Assembly: GCA_051546255.1 (NCBI GenBank)
Contig: CP128815.1
Coordinates: forward strand, 1,984,001 to 2,048,000
DNA: 64,000 nucleotides
Source: Meyerozyma guilliermondii
Taxonomy: Eukaryota
Direction of reading: 5' to 3'
Positions 61,344 through 64,000 of this stretch are shown here, piece after piece; the stretch's first letter is position 1; the number at the start of each line of letters is the position of its first letter. The notes under the pieces were generated by a model. That model did not search any database and had not been told where the DNA came from. It saw nothing but the letters and a program-made list of their open reading frames with translations. Made by a program: the position numbers and the translations under genes.

Positions 61344-62210
61344 ATGTCGAACATGTTTGCCGAGTTCCACGACCATCTTCGGGCTCTGAAGCGAATCATA
61401 GCGCTTGTGGGAGCTGGACTATCGGCATCTTCTGGTCTACCGACATTTCGAGGAACTCAAGGACTTTGGAAAAATTTCAATATGATCGACTTGGCGACTC
61501 CGGATTCGTTTTATATAGATCCCGGGTTGGTTTGGCAATTTTATTCGTGGAGACGACAACTAGCACTTGAAGCACAACCCAATAATGGTCACAGGGCATT
61601 AGCAAAGCTTTCTCATGTTCACAAAGACTTCATTACAATTACTCAAAATGTCGATGGCTTGCTGGCTCGAGCCAACCATAATCCCGAACGACTATTGGAA
61701 TTGCATGGATCACTCTTTGAACTCAAATGTACGGGGTTCACCTGCAATTACATCGACCACGAAAACTTTAACCATCCTCTTACCCCACAATTGGCAGGAA
61801 CCGAACAAGAAAAAGAGAGTAGTGATGGTTCACCAGAATTTACTCCAGTGAAACAACTTTCCGAAAAAGATCTTCCATGTTGTCCAGTGTGCGGAGAATT
61901 GCTTCGACCTGGAGTAGTATGGTTTGGAGAATCACTTCCATTGATAACCATCGATACAATTGATAATTTTCTTCAACAGGGAAAGGTCGATTTGATACTA
62001 GTAATTGGTACTAGCGGAACAGTATATCCTGCCAACAGCTACGTTGAACGAGTACGTTTACAGGGCGGAAAGGTTGCGATATTCAATACAGATATCGAAG
62101 AGGATATTTTGCAGGGAAAACAGAAGGATACTTGGGGCTTTCATGGCGATGCAGCCGAGCTTCTTCCATTGGCATTGGAGCCATTAATAGGTCAACTATC
62201 GGAACGATAG
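61344..62210 (+). CDS. Class III (SIRT5/CobB-like) NAD-dependent protein deacylase
   Basis: GAGLSASSGLPTFRG, VWQFYSWRR (YxxR), TQNVDGL, catalytic HGSL, Zn Cys pairs, LRPGVVWFGE and GTSGTVYPA. ATG at 61344. Confidence 0.92.
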   Translation: MSNMFAEFHDHLRALKRIIALVGAGLSASSGLPTFRGTQGLWKNFNMIDLATPDSFYIDPGLVWQFYSWRRQLALEAQPNNGHRALAKLSHVHKDFITITQNVDGLLARANHNPERLLELHGSLFELKCTGFTCNYIDHENFNHPLTPQLAGTEQEKESSDGSPEFTPVKQLSEKDLPCCPVCGELLRPGVVWFGESLPLITIDTIDNFLQQGKVDLILVIGTSGTVYPANSYVERVRLQGGKVAIFNTDIEEDILQGKQKDTWGFHGDAAELLPLALEPLIGQLSER

Positions 62211-62389
62211 GTGAGAGAAAGAGACAGAGAGAGAGAAGTGGTATAGTCATAAGACTATGGTAGAGTATATGGATATTAGCATTCAATGGAGTAAGATGTG
62301 AAAAATTGTAGAAAATCTGAAATATTGTAGAGTTAGTTTCTGTATGTTGTATGTGTGTATTCCAGTCTATGGATACTCTGTCTATGATC

Positions 62390-62911
62390 CTATTCCAGCT
62401 TTTCATCGTCTTGAAACGACTGGGCTTCACAATCTAACGACAAGAATGATTCGATCGACGAAAACGACGCTTGCAGTTCATAATCAGAACCCAGATCCGT
62501 GCCCACAGATACGTTTCTCCTTTTTATATGGTGATATTCGGTATCTAAGGACGCTAAAGTAGGAATTGAAGAAGCCGACCGAGTGGATGGTCTATAATAT
62601 GGGTTCCCAACGGTGGACTTTTTCAGTTTGGAAGTGTGTCTGCGATGCAACAAACGTGACAGCGAGGTTTCTATGGACTCCAACAACAATTTTGTTGGTT
62701 GTAATGGTGGAGAACAAGAGTCAGAATATATTGAAGATGCAAGATCCGCAGCCCGCTGCGGGAAGATTGGGAAGGTTGGTTCTGACTCTAATAAAGGAGA
62801 GCTCAAAGTTAATTGAGAATGAGAAGTTTTCAACGAGGGACATTGCTCACATTGATGGTAAGATTCCATATAACGAGGTTCGAAGTCGTCAAGAAATTGC
62901 TCGATATTCAT
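62390..62911 (-). CDS. Hypothetical Ser-rich 173-aa protein
   Basis: ATG ORF convergent with the sirtuin and followed upstream by >1 kb with no convincing ORF. No domain recognised. Confidence 0.55.
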   Translation of the reverse strand: MNIEQFLDDFEPRYMESYHQCEQCPSLKTSHSQLTLSSPLLESEPTFPIFPQRAADLASSIYSDSCSPPLQPTKLLLESIETSLSRLLHRRHTSKLKKSTVGNPYYRPSTRSASSIPTLASLDTEYHHIKRRNVSVGTDLGSDYELQASFSSIESFLSLDCEAQSFQDDEKLE

Positions 62912-64000
62912 TAATTAAGGAACCAGAATTAAAATGCAAGGCCGAAAAGACAACGAATGAAACAGGATAATTGTCCCTATAAATATGACGCCTTGACACA
63001 AAAACCACCACAGTCCCCGCTAACTCCTTACCAAAGGTGCATATACTTTTACGATGCCAAATGCACATTCAAATTCTTAGTCGGGTGGAAAATAGGGCGC
63101 ATCCGTACACCAGCCCATCAGATCAGTCCCGAATCGGAATAATTGCTGCAGCACGTCGAGGTGGGATCGGGTATATTATCCCCCTTTCATAACCAGCCTC
63201 GGCGATGAGAAATTGAAGTTTGTAGGTTCCAAAGGGTTCAACGTGCCTACTAAGTTAGTCTAGACTAATCTAAACCTAGACAATGGTTGCTAGGTGGTGT
63301 GTAACAAACATGTTCTATTATCATAATAGTAGCATTGTCCCCTATTGTCCTCCTGTCGCCGTCCTGCAGGCAGGTTTGACAATGTGCGTCTACCCAGACC
63401 AAATTCTGGAAGCTAGTTCAGGCATGAGTTAACGGCGCCTTTGGTTATGAACCATCGGGCGTCTTGTGATGAGATGAACCTTGGCCGAAAAACTCCAACT
63501 TGAGAATGATTCTTCAGTCTATTGGTAATATTGCCTGAGGCTTTGATTGGGGTATCAATTGCGGCAGTTTGTCGTTTATAAGCGGCCCTTTGTCTCCCTC
63601 TTTGTCCTTTTTTTTTTCTGTGCGAATTTTTTATTCGCAGGTAAATTATTCCGCTTCTGATTACCTCGGTGTTGTAACGTGAGAATGACGAAAGCGGCAG
63701 GCGGAATAAGCATTTGGGGTTTTGGTTAGATTGATCGAAAAATAATCAAAAGTAGCAATCAAGGTTTAGCCAGTAATCTATTCTTTAATAATCGTCTACA
63801 CTTGTTTACAATGACCACAATAATTCACCATACTATCGGCATCTATCTCACTATCGGTATTGGTGCTCCGAACCCGGCTTGGCACTTGCTATAGATAGCT
63901 TTCGCGAAGTCCAGACCAGGTGGCTGATCGTTTCACAATTGCGATAGTGAGGGTGCCGATGCAGGATGTCGCCGCTCGAAGCAGGGTTCGTGGTGGGTGC

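Noticed and set aside
63249..63262. GACTAAC-TTAG on minus upstream of the 173-aa ORF
   Set aside because: Non-consensus branch, only a weak GTAATC donor upstream, and several ATGs between it and the ORF.

Overview
This is a gene-dense, mostly housekeeping region of a budding-yeast chromosome from the CUG-Ser (CTG) clade. In-frame CTG codons fall at conserved Ser positions, so the supplied ORF translations need table 12. The Fks1 hot-spot 1 sequence FMALSLRDP (M633/A634) points to the Meyerozyma guilliermondii complex. I find about 40 protein genes in the order NAP1, PXA1, NDUFAF8-like small ORF, NMA1, LEU1, ATG5, orphan, NNR1, SEP7, KAP95, CAX4, GCS1, SPS19, PSY2, ATP12, PFD1, GON7, YLR345W-like, RPL26, TIM21, unknown 1006 aa, CIN4, PSO2, MNN11, TMEM115-like, FKS1, eIF2A, OTU1, BUD20, RPL10, PMM1, FMP25, FMP32, BOS1, SCW4-like, RSC1/2, class III sirtuin and an orphan. 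There are two tRNA genes (intron-containing Ser-GCU and Arg-CCG). The ORF track misses four spliceosomal introns: coding introns in RPL26 and eIF2A, and 5'UTR introns in FKS1 and RPL10. I see no transposon, CRISPR array, rDNA or biosynthetic cluster, and I cannot support a clearly novel multi-gene system. The best candidates for undescribed biology are the heavily base-paired eIF2A intron, the FKS1 leader intron abutting the ATG, a 60-aa twin-CX9C ORF, repeated amphipathic motifs behind Kex2 sites in the GH17 protein, and three ORFs I cannot assign. Gene names come from motif recognition and memory, not database searches.
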